Shown here: positions 11,039 through 20,585 of the stretch, piece after piece
How the letters are laid out: every line of letters starts with the position of its first letter
Numbering within the stretch: position 1 is the first letter of the stretch
Assembly: GCA_037444665.1 (NCBI GenBank)
Contig: JBBILZ010000025.1
Span: 1-32,702 of the forward strand
Reading direction: 5' to 3'
Source: a candidate division WOR-3 bacterium
GTDB taxonomy: Bacteria; Hydrothermota; Tepidihabitantia; SM23-42; JAOAFX01
DNA length: 32,702 bases
Made by a program: the position numbers and the translations under genes
The notes under the pieces: model-generated
Databases searched by the model: none
Told to the model about the DNA's origin: nothing
What the model saw: only the letters and a program-made list of their open reading frames with translations

Positions 11039-11066
11039 ATTATATATATTTAACGCAAAAAGTCAA
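11039..11066 (-). promoter_or_regulatory. Sigma70-type promoter of the recF-dciA-gyrB operon (leaderless)
   Basis: TTGACT-N16-TATAAT, ATG 7 nt downstream; the -35 box lies inside the 3' end of the upstream gene. Confidence 0.7.
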
Positions 11067-13662
11067 GGGTTGGAGTTATTCCTATTAGCAGTTTGATTTT
11101 TTTATCATGGTTGACTGCTATACCTAATTTTGGAATAATCTGAATAAATCCAAAACAACTTTTTGATTCCAGTGCCATTTCTATACCAGTGCTATAATAT
11201 TTTTCACCATTTTGAGTTAGTGCATAATCAAAAAAGATGATTCCAAAAATGTCTTCAAAATAGATATTGGGATTCCATAGTCCTTTTCTTAATTTTAATA
11301 ACCTGTGTGAGTATTCAATGTTGAATAATATTCCTTTTTGTGCGAGAATCGGGTCATAACCACGTATTGGGATACTGGTTGAGTCAGGATTTTGCGAATC
11401 TGAAAAACCAATCAATTCCGCACGCAGTTCACCAGTAAAAATTAAATAATTCAGACCTGTGCCACAGAAATAACCGACCCTGTTAATGGTTGATTTTAGA
11501 AATTTTCTTTCAAAAGGAATAGAAAAATTCCAATAGCAATTATATTCAGGTTTTTGATAGTTTATTGTAAAATTTGGATTAATTTCTTTTCTCTGATATT
11601 CATTAAAAGATTTAACATTCAGATTGAAGATTATGTTTTTAATACCTGGGTTCAGAGTATTAAAGACCGGGCAGGAACAGGATAATTTAAAATAATCATT
11701 ATAATTATAAAACATTTCAATGAGTGCAGGACTGAAAAATTTTGATTGTAAATTTGATTGCAAGAAAAGTTTATTGGTCAATTGGTCATAGCCTAAGTAA
11801 CTAATGTAGAAGTTTTCATCAGTGGCATCACTACCTGCAAAGAGGACGCCATATTGCCATTTTCTAAATGTAGAGTCCACAGGCAGAAATACGGGCAATC
11901 TAATTGAGGGAAAAGTGGTTTGCATAATATTTAGATAGTTACCATTTTTTATATCAATTTTCTGGGCGTGGAAGTCGGGTTTTGGACCTGGTTGCCACTC
12001 TTTGAGTGTATACTTTTCAGGTGATGAAAACTTTTTATAAATATCAAAGCCATTTGTCTTTAGTTTGCTGAAATAGAGCGTATCTTCAACAAAAACAAAG
12101 GAATTGTTAAAACCATTTTTTGTATAACACAAAATACTTTCGGGTGCAGAGATATTTATTGCATAAATCTGATGTTTGCCATCAAAATTGGCAATAAATC
12201 CGAGCCAGTCATTTTGCATAAAACATAGATGACCTTCGGTCCAGGGTGTGCGCAGAATGGGAGTAAATTTAGAGGATTCGGGGTCAAAAAGATATAGATC
12301 TGGGTTTTCAAATTCATCACGTCCACACACAACAATCCAATTGCCATTGGTTTCAATTTCATCAATTAACAGAACACCTTCCCAGATTTTTTTCTTTAAT
12401 TCTGGTGTATACAACCAGATTTCTGAACCGAACCAATGTGATTTCTGTTTCACATAGAGGACAACATCATTGTCCAGCACGCAGAAACTTCTGATGTCAT
12501 CAGTAAAAAGGATATGTTCTTTTTTTGTCAGCAGATCTAATTTGTGCAGGGTAGATGTGATACCATATCCATTATAATATGTATTTTTAGTGCGTTTTAA
12601 ATCAGCTGTAACATAATAGAGTTGATGATTATAAATTCTAATCCTGGATGTGATTTGGCTGTTGAGGTTTATTAAAACCTTTTCTTTGTGTGTGTTTAAA
12701 TCAAGTTCAATGACCTGGTATATATTTTTATATCTGAAACAATTAAGTTTAATCGCTGACTCATAGACATAGAACAACTTACCATTATCAGCGACAAGAG
12801 AAGAAATATACCAGCCCCTGTTCGTTATTTTATCGCCTTCAATATGATTTACTGAATTTTTGGTGTTACTATGTTTTGCCCATTCTTTGAACAATGCAGG
12901 AAAAGATTTTCCATATATTTTCTTTGCTGCAATATCAAGCCCTAATCCAGGTAATATTGCTGAGACTGGTGCCCAGGGGTATGAGCCATAGATTGAAAAA
13001 AACTTTTTGAATCTTTCTTCTCCATATTGTTCAGCAAGAAAATCAAAGAATTCACCTCCGTATAGATACATTTTGCCATACGGAAATGATAGCGGTTCAT
13101 TTGTGGCATCAATAATATCGGGAAATTGTTTTTCAGCAATACAGGTACTGACATAGGCATCAAAAAATCCATCATTCAGTCTGCCTTCATAAGGTGAAAT
13201 TTTTGATTCGCTGTACACAGTAATTCCTTCTATTAGCCAGCCTGGTGAATACATATTGGGTTGAAATAAAGAACCAAATAATTTGGTGAGATAACGGGGT
13301 ACACCATTTGTGCGGGTCATATGGGCAATATGGGTGAACTCATGGACACTGAGCACTCTGTACCAGTCTTCAATGCCTTCAAGGTAAATACCCGCGCCCG
13401 GGGCATATGTAAAGAAATGGATGTTATAAAATACTGGATTGGCATATCCATTACTCAATGTGCCGATGTCTTCAATGACAACGGGCACTGCTCTTGTATT
13501 ATTGCCAGTAAGATTGACAATATATTTGCGATAGTATTCAAGATTTTTCAATGCCTTCAGGGCTTCATATTCATAGCCGGGTTTATAAATAACCTGGAAG
13601 TTTTCTGTCTTTATTACCTGCCAGTCAAACCAGTTAAAAAGAAGTATGGATATGAGTATCAC
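11050..13662 (-). CDS. Putative envelope protein: N-terminal gluzincin-like HExxH domain, beta-propeller-like middle, beta-barrel-like C-terminus
   Basis: W-x-VIKTENF-x-VIY, HEFTH, PGWLIEGITVY and YLYGG-x-F; alternating aromatic beta-strands at the C-terminus (IRGY...EYS); GTG start. Confidence 0.65.
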   Translation of the reverse strand: MILISILLFNWFDWQVIKTENFQVIYKPGYEYEALKALKNLEYYRKYIVNLTGNNTRAVPVVIEDIGTLSNGYANPVFYNIHFFTYAPGAGIYLEGIEDWYRVLSVHEFTHIAHMTRTNGVPRYLTKLFGSLFQPNMYSPGWLIEGITVYSESKISPYEGRLNDGFFDAYVSTCIAEKQFPDIIDATNEPLSFPYGKMYLYGGEFFDFLAEQYGEERFKKFFSIYGSYPWAPVSAILPGLGLDIAAKKIYGKSFPALFKEWAKHSNTKNSVNHIEGDKITNRGWYISSLVADNGKLFYVYESAIKLNCFRYKNIYQVIELDLNTHKEKVLINLNSQITSRIRIYNHQLYYVTADLKRTKNTYYNGYGITSTLHKLDLLTKKEHILFTDDIRSFCVLDNDVVLYVKQKSHWFGSEIWLYTPELKKKIWEGVLLIDEIETNGNWIVVCGRDEFENPDLYLFDPESSKFTPILRTPWTEGHLCFMQNDWLGFIANFDGKHQIYAINISAPESILCYTKNGFNNSFVFVEDTLYFSKLKTNGFDIYKKFSSPEKYTLKEWQPGPKPDFHAQKIDIKNGNYLNIMQTTFPSIRLPVFLPVDSTFRKWQYGVLFAGSDATDENFYISYLGYDQLTNKLFLQSNLQSKFFSPALIEMFYNYNDYFKLSCSCPVFNTLNPGIKNIIFNLNVKSFNEYQRKEINPNFTINYQKPEYNCYWNFSIPFERKFLKSTINRVGYFCGTGLNYLIFTGELRAELIGFSDSQNPDSTSIPIRGYDPILAQKGILFNIEYSHRLLKLRKGLWNPNIYFEDIFGIIFFDYALTQNGEKYYSTGIEMALESKSCFGFIQIIPKLGIAVNHDKKIKLLIGITPTLDFLR

Positions 13663-13667
13663 AGAAG

Positions 13668-13695
13668 ATTATAATCACTATAATCAAAAATGCAA
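13668..13695 (-). promoter_or_regulatory. Sigma70-type promoter (leaderless)
   Basis: TTGCAT-N16-TATAAT, GTG 5 nt downstream. Confidence 0.6.
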
Positions 13696-13745
13696 TATTA
13701 CTTATTAAGGGCTAATCCTGAGATATGGTTTTATGTAATTTTAAT

Positions 13746-15062
13746 CTAAAAATATTCAAAGACAATGAGGGTTTCTATGTGATAGGTTTGTGGAAACATA
13801 TCAAAAAGATAAACATTTTTGATAGTATAGCCATTATTGATTAATAGATTTGCATCACGGGCAAGGGTTGCAGGATTGCACGAGAGATAGATTATTTTTT
13901 TTATTTTCATCTTTGATAAACTTTCAATCACAGATTTTGCAACACCTTTTCGTGGCGGGTCCATAATTACAGTTTCTCCGATCTTTAATATATCAATCTT
14001 TTGCTCTACTCTGGCCTGAATGAATTCAATGTTTTTAATCCTGTTAATTTGTGCATTTTTAATGCCATCTTTGACCGCATACAAATTTTCTTCTATGGCA
14101 ATTACCTTTTTACAAACTTGAGCCAGACATATTCCAATTGCACCAACTCCTGCATAAAGGTCAATGATTGTTGCACCCGTGATTTCTGATTTTATTTTTT
14201 GTATAATTTTTTCAAATATTTTAATATTTACCTGAAAGAAAGAAATCGGGCTGATTTGAAAGAGTTTATTATCTATGAATTCTTCATAAAAGTCAGTGCC
14301 GCCAAGCAGAATATTTTTGTTTCCCAATATACGATTAGTTTTTTGATTATTAATATTCTGGCTAATACCCACAAGTCCCGGGATTTCGTTAACGAGATCT
14401 TCATAGAGTTTCGCGGTAATGTTTTTTTCCTTTGTTACAAAAATAAGATATAATTGACCGGTATTTGTGCCCCTGCGTAAGATTATGTGCCGTAAATTAC
14501 CTGAATGGCTCAGTTCGTTATAAATTTTTATCCCGGACTCTGCAATCCGTTTTCTGATAATAGTTAGTGCCTGATTAATTCCATTCTGGTTGATATAACA
14601 GATATCGTGGTTCACTACCTCGTGTGTGTTCTTTTTGAAATACCCAATCCTGAGTCCATCTTTATCCTGAACTGGAAGTTGAGCGCGATTGCGATAATAC
14701 CAGGGTTGGTCTGCAATTACTTCAATATTACTACATTCAATCCTGCCGATATGCCGGAGTGTATCAATCAGAATTTCTTTTTTTAATTTGACCTGATATT
14801 GATAATCAATATGTTGAAACTGACAACCACCGCACAACATAAAGACCGGGCATCTTGGTTCAATCCGATATTGCGAAGGCTCTTTTATTGTAATACACTT
14901 TGCTATATTATAATCCCTTTTTTCAGTTATTATTTCTGCTTTAATCTCTTCTCCAGGTATGACAAAATCAACAAAACAGACTTTGCCATCAATATAGCCG
15001 ATGCCCTGTGCACCAAGATTTAATTTTTCAATCTTTAATTCAACCATTTTCCGGTCTGCCAT
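13746..15062 (-). CDS. rlmD: 23S rRNA (uracil-5)-methyltransferase RlmD/RumA family
   Basis: TRAM domain, C-x5-CGGC, YRNR, SFFQVN, DLYAGVG, DPPRKG, YLSCNPATLARD and DMFPQTYHIE. Confidence 0.93.
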   Translation of the reverse strand: MADRKMVELKIEKLNLGAQGIGYIDGKVCFVDFVIPGEEIKAEIITEKRDYNIAKCITIKEPSQYRIEPRCPVFMLCGGCQFQHIDYQYQVKLKKEILIDTLRHIGRIECSNIEVIADQPWYYRNRAQLPVQDKDGLRIGYFKKNTHEVVNHDICYINQNGINQALTIIRKRIAESGIKIYNELSHSGNLRHIILRRGTNTGQLYLIFVTKEKNITAKLYEDLVNEIPGLVGISQNINNQKTNRILGNKNILLGGTDFYEEFIDNKLFQISPISFFQVNIKIFEKIIQKIKSEITGATIIDLYAGVGAIGICLAQVCKKVIAIEENLYAVKDGIKNAQINRIKNIEFIQARVEQKIDILKIGETVIMDPPRKGVAKSVIESLSKMKIKKIIYLSCNPATLARDANLLINNGYTIKNVYLFDMFPQTYHIETLIVFEYF

Positions 15063-15069
15063 ACCTGGA

Positions 15070-15097
15070 ATTATATATACTGCCTTAAGTGTGTCAA
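15070..15097 (-). promoter_or_regulatory. Sigma70-type promoter of rlmD (leaderless)
   Basis: Perfect TTGACA-N16-TATAAT, ATG 7 nt downstream. Confidence 0.75.
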
Positions 15098-15141
15098 TGA
15101 TTACTCTTTTCTGATTTATCGTTTGACCTTTGCCAACATAG

Positions 15142-15165
15142 AAAGCCTCATAAATGAGGCAACTA
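15142..15165 (-). repeat. Solo GTAG-family REP
   Basis: aaagcctcataaatgaggcaacta is the reverse complement of the REP at the 29099 end of the REP doublet. Confidence 0.85.
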
Positions 15166-15224
15166 GAAAAATTTCTAAAATATAAGCGAGAATAAAGGTG
15201 GAGAGGATTCAGTTATGTTTTATC

Positions 15225-15252
15225 TTGACTTATTAATAAATTTGGTTATGAT
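15225..15252 (+). promoter_or_regulatory. Sigma70-type promoter of the nfeD operon (leaderless)
   Basis: TTGACT-N16-TATGAT, ATG 5 nt downstream. Confidence 0.65.
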
Positions 15253-15257
15253 TTAGT

Positions 15258-16505
15258 ATGACTTTTTTATGTGCATTATTATTGCTACAGTCTAACGAAG
15301 TTTATTTAGGTGAGATGAGCGGTGTTATCAGTCCGGCAAGTAGTGCCTATATTTTGCGTGCAATCAGTATTGCTGAAGAAAAAAATGGGGTGTGTTTGAT
15401 TATCAAACTTGATACACCGGGTGGACTTGATGAATCAATGAGGGAGATAACAAAAAGAATTCTCAATGCCAAAGTTCCGGTTGTTATATATGTTGCACCC
15501 AGGGGTGCAAGGGCTGCGTCTGCCGGCGTTTTTATTCTGTATGCAAGCCATATTGCAGCAATGGCACCAGGCACAAATATTGGTGCAGCGCATCCAGTTG
15601 GCATGGGTGGTGAAAAGATTGATACAGTGATGGCGAGTAAAGTGACGAATGATGCAGTAGCATATTTGCAATCACTGGCAAAGGCAAGGAATCGTAATAT
15701 AGAATGGGCAGAAAAGGCAGTTCGGCAGAGTGTCTCTATTGATGATGAAACTGCATTAAAAATAGGAGTGTGTGAGGTCATTGCCGAGGATGAAGATGAT
15801 TTGATAAATAGACTTGATGGAAAAGAGGTCAGGATTCTTGATGAGACGATAAAATTGAATACGAAATCTGCACCCTTGAAAAAAATCTCTATGTCCTTAA
15901 GGGAAAAATTATTATTGATCCTGACAAATCCTAATATTGCTTACATTTTACTACTCCTTGGAATTTATGGACTCTTTTTTGAACTGCAGAATCCAGGGAT
16001 GATATTTCCAGGTGTTGTAGGTGGTATCTGCCTTATTTTGGGATTCTATGCCCTGCATCTTTTGCCCGTCAATTATGCAGGGCTTGCCTTGATTCTCTTG
16101 AGTGCAATATTTTTTATCCTGGAGATTTATGTTACTTCACATGGACTATTGAGTGTTGGTGGTGTTATTTCTTTAATTGTAGGTTCTTTAATACTTTTTG
16201 AAAGTGACCTACCCTTTTTAAGGGTATCCTGGGAGGTTATCGTGGTCGTTGTAATTATTATAATTGTTTTTGTTGGTCTTTTACTTTTCCTGGGTATAAA
16301 AGCACAGTTCAGAAAGCCAGCAGCAGGAAAAGAGGGTTTGATTGGAGAGCAGGGAGTTACCAGGACTGAAGTTAATAGTGAAGGTGGCACGGTCTTTGTC
16401 CACGGAGAACTATGGAATGCTGTGAGTGATCGTCCGATAAAAAAAGGGGTCAAGATTAAAGTTATTGGTTCTCAGGGAATGATTTTAAAAGTTGAACAGA
16501 TTTGA
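15258..16505 (+). CDS. nfeD: Long-form NfeD membrane-bound ClpP-class serine protease
   Basis: LDTPGG, RAASAG and AMAPGTNIGAAHPV; hydrophobic middle; C-terminal OB fold (G-x-VFVHGELW-x-A). Confidence 0.92.
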   Translation: MTFLCALLLLQSNEVYLGEMSGVISPASSAYILRAISIAEEKNGVCLIIKLDTPGGLDESMREITKRILNAKVPVVIYVAPRGARAASAGVFILYASHIAAMAPGTNIGAAHPVGMGGEKIDTVMASKVTNDAVAYLQSLAKARNRNIEWAEKAVRQSVSIDDETALKIGVCEVIAEDEDDLINRLDGKEVRILDETIKLNTKSAPLKKISMSLREKLLLILTNPNIAYILLLLGIYGLFFELQNPGMIFPGVVGGICLILGFYALHLLPVNYAGLALILLSAIFFILEIYVTSHGLLSVGGVISLIVGSLILFESDLPFLRVSWEVIVVVVIIIIVFVGLLLFLGIKAQFRKPAAGKEGLIGEQGVTRTEVNSEGGTVFVHGELWNAVSDRPIKKGVKIKVIGSQGMILKVEQI

Positions 16506-17218
16506 TAGTCCTTTTTCTATTTAGTATCTTTGAAAAATTCCTTTTTTTAGATTTTAATAACAGTTATCTTCAATTCAATCCGGCAAATTTAACTGAGCAA
16601 AAATTTTTGGTCTGTTTTGGTGGTAATGAAAATTTTGGACTATCCAGTTTGCGCATCTGGACTGCAGGAGTTCAGGTACAGAACTTTCAGTTAACAGGCA
16701 AAACATTTGGCAATGAACTCTATCGGGAAAATATGTTTGAACTGGCAGGCGGTTATACTGTATACAAAATGATTAGTGCGGGTATTGGTATTGGTATTCT
16801 GAATAACTGGATTAAAGATTATACCAACCGCTTCACCTACATGGTTAAACTGGGTGGAATGGCTGAACTACAGAATCTAAAACTCTATTTATGTCTGAAT
16901 AACATAAATAACCCAAAATTTTCTGAAATTGATTATCTGCCTATCACTTATCTCTCAGGACTACAATATAAAATAAACGCACAACTTAAAACATTTTTTA
17001 ATACAATGGGAATTGAGAAAGGGACTCCATTTTTCAATTTTGGTTTGATCGCCATTCCAGTAAAAGAGACTGAGTTTTATGCGGGGATAAATACTGAAAA
17101 TTTTGTTTTTGAGTATGGTTTAAAGGTTTGTCTGCGCAGGCTTGCATTTGATTATGCAGGAACAATGCACCGGCAACTTGGATTATCCCATACATTTTTT
17201 ATTAATTTTTTGAGATAG
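16502..17218 (+). CDS. Hypothetical protein, probable small outer-membrane beta-barrel
   Basis: FNPA-x-L motif near the N-terminus, amphipathic beta-strands, C-terminal H-x-x-LG-x-SH; TTG start overlapping the nfeD stop. Confidence 0.6.
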   Translation: MIVLFLFSIFEKFLFLDFNNSYLQFNPANLTEQKFLVCFGGNENFGLSSLRIWTAGVQVQNFQLTGKTFGNELYRENMFELAGGYTVYKMISAGIGIGILNNWIKDYTNRFTYMVKLGGMAELQNLKLYLCLNNINNPKFSEIDYLPITYLSGLQYKINAQLKTFFNTMGIEKGTPFFNFGLIAIPVKETEFYAGINTENFVFEYGLKVCLRRLAFDYAGTMHRQLGLSHTFFINFLR

Positions 17219-18936
17219 TGGCATTAGTTTTTATTATTACAATCATAAATACTTATTTCTGGGAAACAGAAGAGCAAAAGGATTTTGAAGTACTCCTGCT
17301 TGATTTGGAAAATTTAAAGCATAATCCAATAGACATTAATACTGCAGATTTGAACGGACTGGTAAAGATTCCGTTTTTGAAAGTTGTGGATTGTTTGAGA
17401 ATTATAGGGTACCGGGAAAAGTTTGGGTTATTTGAATCTGTTGATGACCTGTATAAAATTGCTGGTCTGGATAGAACCCTTGTTGATGAGATAAAGCCCT
17501 ATGTGGCAGTGAAGACGAAGCCGGTGAAGTGGAAAGGCATTCAGAATAGGCTCCGTGTGCAAAAAGATATTAATGAATCTCATAGTGAGGAATACTACAC
17601 GCGCACTACCATTGATGTAAATGATTACAGGTTTTTTTTGGTCACAGAGAAAGACCCTTATGAAGATTCATTTCTGGATTACTATAGTGCAGGCGTTGTA
17701 ATCAGTGAAGACAAGAGAAAAATTGCCCTTGGAAAATACAACCTTGATTATGGTTCAGGTGTAATGCTCTCTTCAGTCGGTTCTTTTTTTCAGAGTACTG
17801 AGTTCAGGTTGTTGACACAAGAGCGTGGGATTATACCTTATACATCCGCAATAGAAAATGGTGGTTTTTTTGGCGCTGCATTGAGTGATTCATTATTTTT
17901 AAATTATTGTCTATTCTACTCTCATCAGAAACTTGATGGCAGAATAGATACTGCTGGTTATGCCCGTTCATTTGACCCATCTGGTAATCATATTGATTCT
18001 GCATCAATCGCTCGCAAGGACCGTATTGGCGAGGAGATATTCGGCTATAATCTTGAATACCATAATAATAATATCCAGTTGAGTCAGCGCACCTACTGGT
18101 CTGGGTATGAACCACCATTCGTATGTGAGGATTCTATGACAGGATTTTATGGCAGGAATTACTGGCTGACAGGTATAGAGACAAAATATTATGCAGAGCA
18201 ATTTATTGTTTTTGCTGAGGTCTGCAGGTCATTCCAGAACCGTGTGGGAGGCATATTTGGCTGGACTGGTTTGTTACCATATAATTTTGAATTTAATCTG
18301 GCAACAAAGTATTTCAATCCTGGATTCTATGCGCCCAAAGGTGTTGAGGCAGAGAAGGATTATCTTGGTGCATATTTTGTGCTGGGAAATTCTTCACGAT
18401 TAATAAATGCAAGCACTGGCCTGAACATCTATACAGATAATACTGCTGATTCAAGCAATTATGATGTAAGATTGAACCTATCCAGACAATTGGGTATTGT
18501 TGAAACTGAAATTCAATTTCGCTGGTTATACCAGGAGACCAATAAAGAATTATCAGGTTCAATGGTTTTTTTAAGGATAAAGCCGAAAAAATTTTTTTAT
18601 CTTGATTTGAGATTGGAAGATAAATATGTCTATGAAGATACTTTAAAGAACGGCATTTTTGGTGCAATTGAGCTGGGTCTGGAAACAAAAATCATTAGTG
18701 TAAAGTTCAGATATGGAATGTTTGATACTGATTCATATACTGCGCGTGTCTATGTGTATGAGCCAGATTTACCAGGTATTATTAATAATCGCACTCTTTA
18801 TGGAAAAGGTAATTACGGGTTTGCTTATATTTCTTTCAAACCCATCAAAGCAATTAACCTCTCTTTTAAATATTTTAGAATGGATAAGGATTCTTTAAAA
18901 CAGCACATAGGTGTCCAGTTAGATACAAAGTTCTGA
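17218..18936 (+). CDS. ComEA-like helix-hairpin-helix domain fused to a probable beta-barrel
   Basis: PIDINTA-x-x-x-x-L-x-x-IP...YRE-x-x-G-x-F-x-SV-x-DL-x-x-I-x-G HhH motif; EKD-x-x-E; C-terminal strand ending in F. Confidence 0.75.
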   Translation: MALVFIITIINTYFWETEEQKDFEVLLLDLENLKHNPIDINTADLNGLVKIPFLKVVDCLRIIGYREKFGLFESVDDLYKIAGLDRTLVDEIKPYVAVKTKPVKWKGIQNRLRVQKDINESHSEEYYTRTTIDVNDYRFFLVTEKDPYEDSFLDYYSAGVVISEDKRKIALGKYNLDYGSGVMLSSVGSFFQSTEFRLLTQERGIIPYTSAIENGGFFGAALSDSLFLNYCLFYSHQKLDGRIDTAGYARSFDPSGNHIDSASIARKDRIGEEIFGYNLEYHNNNIQLSQRTYWSGYEPPFVCEDSMTGFYGRNYWLTGIETKYYAEQFIVFAEVCRSFQNRVGGIFGWTGLLPYNFEFNLATKYFNPGFYAPKGVEAEKDYLGAYFVLGNSSRLINASTGLNIYTDNTADSSNYDVRLNLSRQLGIVETEIQFRWLYQETNKELSGSMVFLRIKPKKFFYLDLRLEDKYVYEDTLKNGIFGAIELGLETKIISVKFRYGMFDTDSYTARVYVYEPDLPGIINNRTLYGKGNYGFAYISFKPIKAINLSFKYFRMDKDSLKQHIGVQLDTKF

Positions 18937-18937
18937 A

Positions 18938-19020
18938 GATTGGTTTAGAAACAGGTATAAGCTTATAAGGTATGGTTATTGGGTATTGGACGTGGATGTG
19001 GGTATGGTCATTATAAATGA
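18938..19020 (+). repeat. Degenerate internal fragment of the REP-doublet element
   Basis: gattggtttagaaacaggt...ggttattgggtattggacgtggatgtgggtatggtcat matches the spacer of 27051-27208 and of 29099-29260. Confidence 0.8.
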
Positions 19021-19113
19021 CAGAATAAAATTATTACAAAGTAGTTAAATCAATATTAAATCTCCGGGAATATTTTTTCTTGTTTTCTGTATATTGGAAT
19101 AGAGGAGGTAACA

Positions 19114-20136
19114 ATGAAAAGGATAATGATTGGTCTGATAACTTTTGCAATGCTCTTTTTTGCAAAAGAACCAGAAGGGGTTGTGGAAAAGTATCTAAAG
19201 AGAATAAAGGTGGGTTCGCCGATTGAATACAAGAATCTTAAAATCTTTCCGATTGAGATAAGTAATACGCTGACATTTAAGGATTTTATCACACTTGACG
19301 AAGCAATGGATAAGGGCTGGCTTAAGATAAAAGAGATTGGTTCGGGTGTGGTCAATACAGTCCAGATAAAAAATAATGGTGAACAACCTGTATTCATTCT
19401 TACTGGTGAGATGATAACTGGTGCAAAACAGGACAGAATGATTAAGGCAGATGTGCTTCTGCCACCAAATAGTGGCTGGATAGAAGTGGAAGTTTATTGT
19501 GTTGAACATGGAAGATGGGTTTCAGTTTCAAGTGAGTTCAAATCAGAAGGGCTTGCGGTTCCAAATGCAGTGAGACAGCGTGCAAAGATATGTGAAAGTC
19601 AGACAGAAGTCTGGGATGAAGTAGCAAAGACCCAGGACAAACTCGGTATCGCTTCAGGCACTGGCACAGTAAGGGCAAATTATGAAGACAAGTCAGTTCA
19701 GAAAGCTATTGAAGATTATACGGCTAAATTTAAAAAGATTCCACAACTATCAAAATCTACAATCGGTGTTGTCGTTACTACTGGAGATAAGATAATCTGT
19801 TTTGACCTTTTTGCCAGCAATAGTTTGTTGAATAAATTCTGGAAAAAGTTGATCAAATCTTATGCAATGGATGCAATTAATGGAGAAAAGAGTTCAATAA
19901 CAAAGACCGACATAGAGGATTTTATAGAGATATTTGAAGATGCAAAGTTTGTTTCAGTAGGCACACCCGGGCTCGGTGATTTGCTGGCCATTGAATCAAA
20001 TAATGGTAAGGGCTCTGCCCTTGTCTATGAACAAGCAGTTGTGCATATGGATTTTTTCCCTGTTGAAGACAATCTGCAGGATGGTTCAGGATTGAGACTG
20101 GACTTCCGTCGTGACCAGCGTATGGATGATAGATAA
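19114..20136 (+). CDS. ARPP-1 / DUF6569 family protein with a signal peptide
   Basis: TLDEA, E-x-G-x-x-x-VN, PVFIL-x-GE-x-x-x-GAKQDR, V-x-CVE-x-GRW and SQ-x-x-VWD-x-V motifs; GAGGAGG RBS; MKR plus hydrophobic N-terminus. Confidence 0.75.
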   Translation: MKRIMIGLITFAMLFFAKEPEGVVEKYLKRIKVGSPIEYKNLKIFPIEISNTLTFKDFITLDEAMDKGWLKIKEIGSGVVNTVQIKNNGEQPVFILTGEMITGAKQDRMIKADVLLPPNSGWIEVEVYCVEHGRWVSVSSEFKSEGLAVPNAVRQRAKICESQTEVWDEVAKTQDKLGIASGTGTVRANYEDKSVQKAIEDYTAKFKKIPQLSKSTIGVVVTTGDKIICFDLFASNSLLNKFWKKLIKSYAMDAINGEKSSITKTDIEDFIEIFEDAKFVSVGTPGLGDLLAIESNNGKGSALVYEQAVVHMDFFPVEDNLQDGSGLRLDFRRDQRMDDR

Positions 20137-20194
20137 TTGCATTTGATTGAGCACTTTGTCTGTGTAGAAAATATTTGATTATTAAGAATTTGTA

Positions 20195-20222
20195 TTGACT
20201 TTTTATCATTGGTGGTTATTAT
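20195..20222 (+). promoter_or_regulatory. Sigma70-type promoter of the DUF4389 gene
   Basis: TTGACT-N16-TATTAT followed by an AAGGAG RBS. Confidence 0.55.
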
Positions 20223-20241
20223 ATATTCAAAGGAGACAGAA

Positions 20242-20544
20242 ATGGAACAATATCCAATAAAATTTAATGTTGATTATCCGGAAAGGTTGTCCCGGGCAAT
20301 ACTAATATTGAGACTATTTTTTGGCTGGATTTATGTGGGTATACCGCATGGTCTTTGTCTGGCAGGTCTCGGCGTCGCAGTATTTTTTGTTCAGATAATC
20401 GCTTTCTTTGCGGTTCTATTCACCGGCAAATACCCCAGGGGTATGTTTGACTTTGTAATTGGATACTGGCGCTGGTGGAATCGGGTAAATGGTTATACAA
20501 GTTTTCTTACGGATAAATATCCACCATTTAATCTGAACGAATAA
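20242..20544 (+). CDS. DUF4389 domain membrane protein
   Basis: YPERLSR, F-x-VLFTGKYPRGMFDF and RV-x-x-Y-x-x-FLTDKYPPF; start moved to ATG 20242 after AAGGAG. Confidence 0.88.
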   Translation: MEQYPIKFNVDYPERLSRAILILRLFFGWIYVGIPHGLCLAGLGVAVFFVQIIAFFAVLFTGKYPRGMFDFVIGYWRWWNRVNGYTSFLTDKYPPFNLNE

Positions 20545-20585
20545 ACGAATAGCAGAAATTTTTAGATTTATCAGGTATTAAATTC

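Noticed and set aside
19066..19092. Possible ECF promoter (GGGAAT-N16-TGTA) before the ARPP-1 gene
   Set aside because: Too far from the TGAAAC/CGTA consensus to support.
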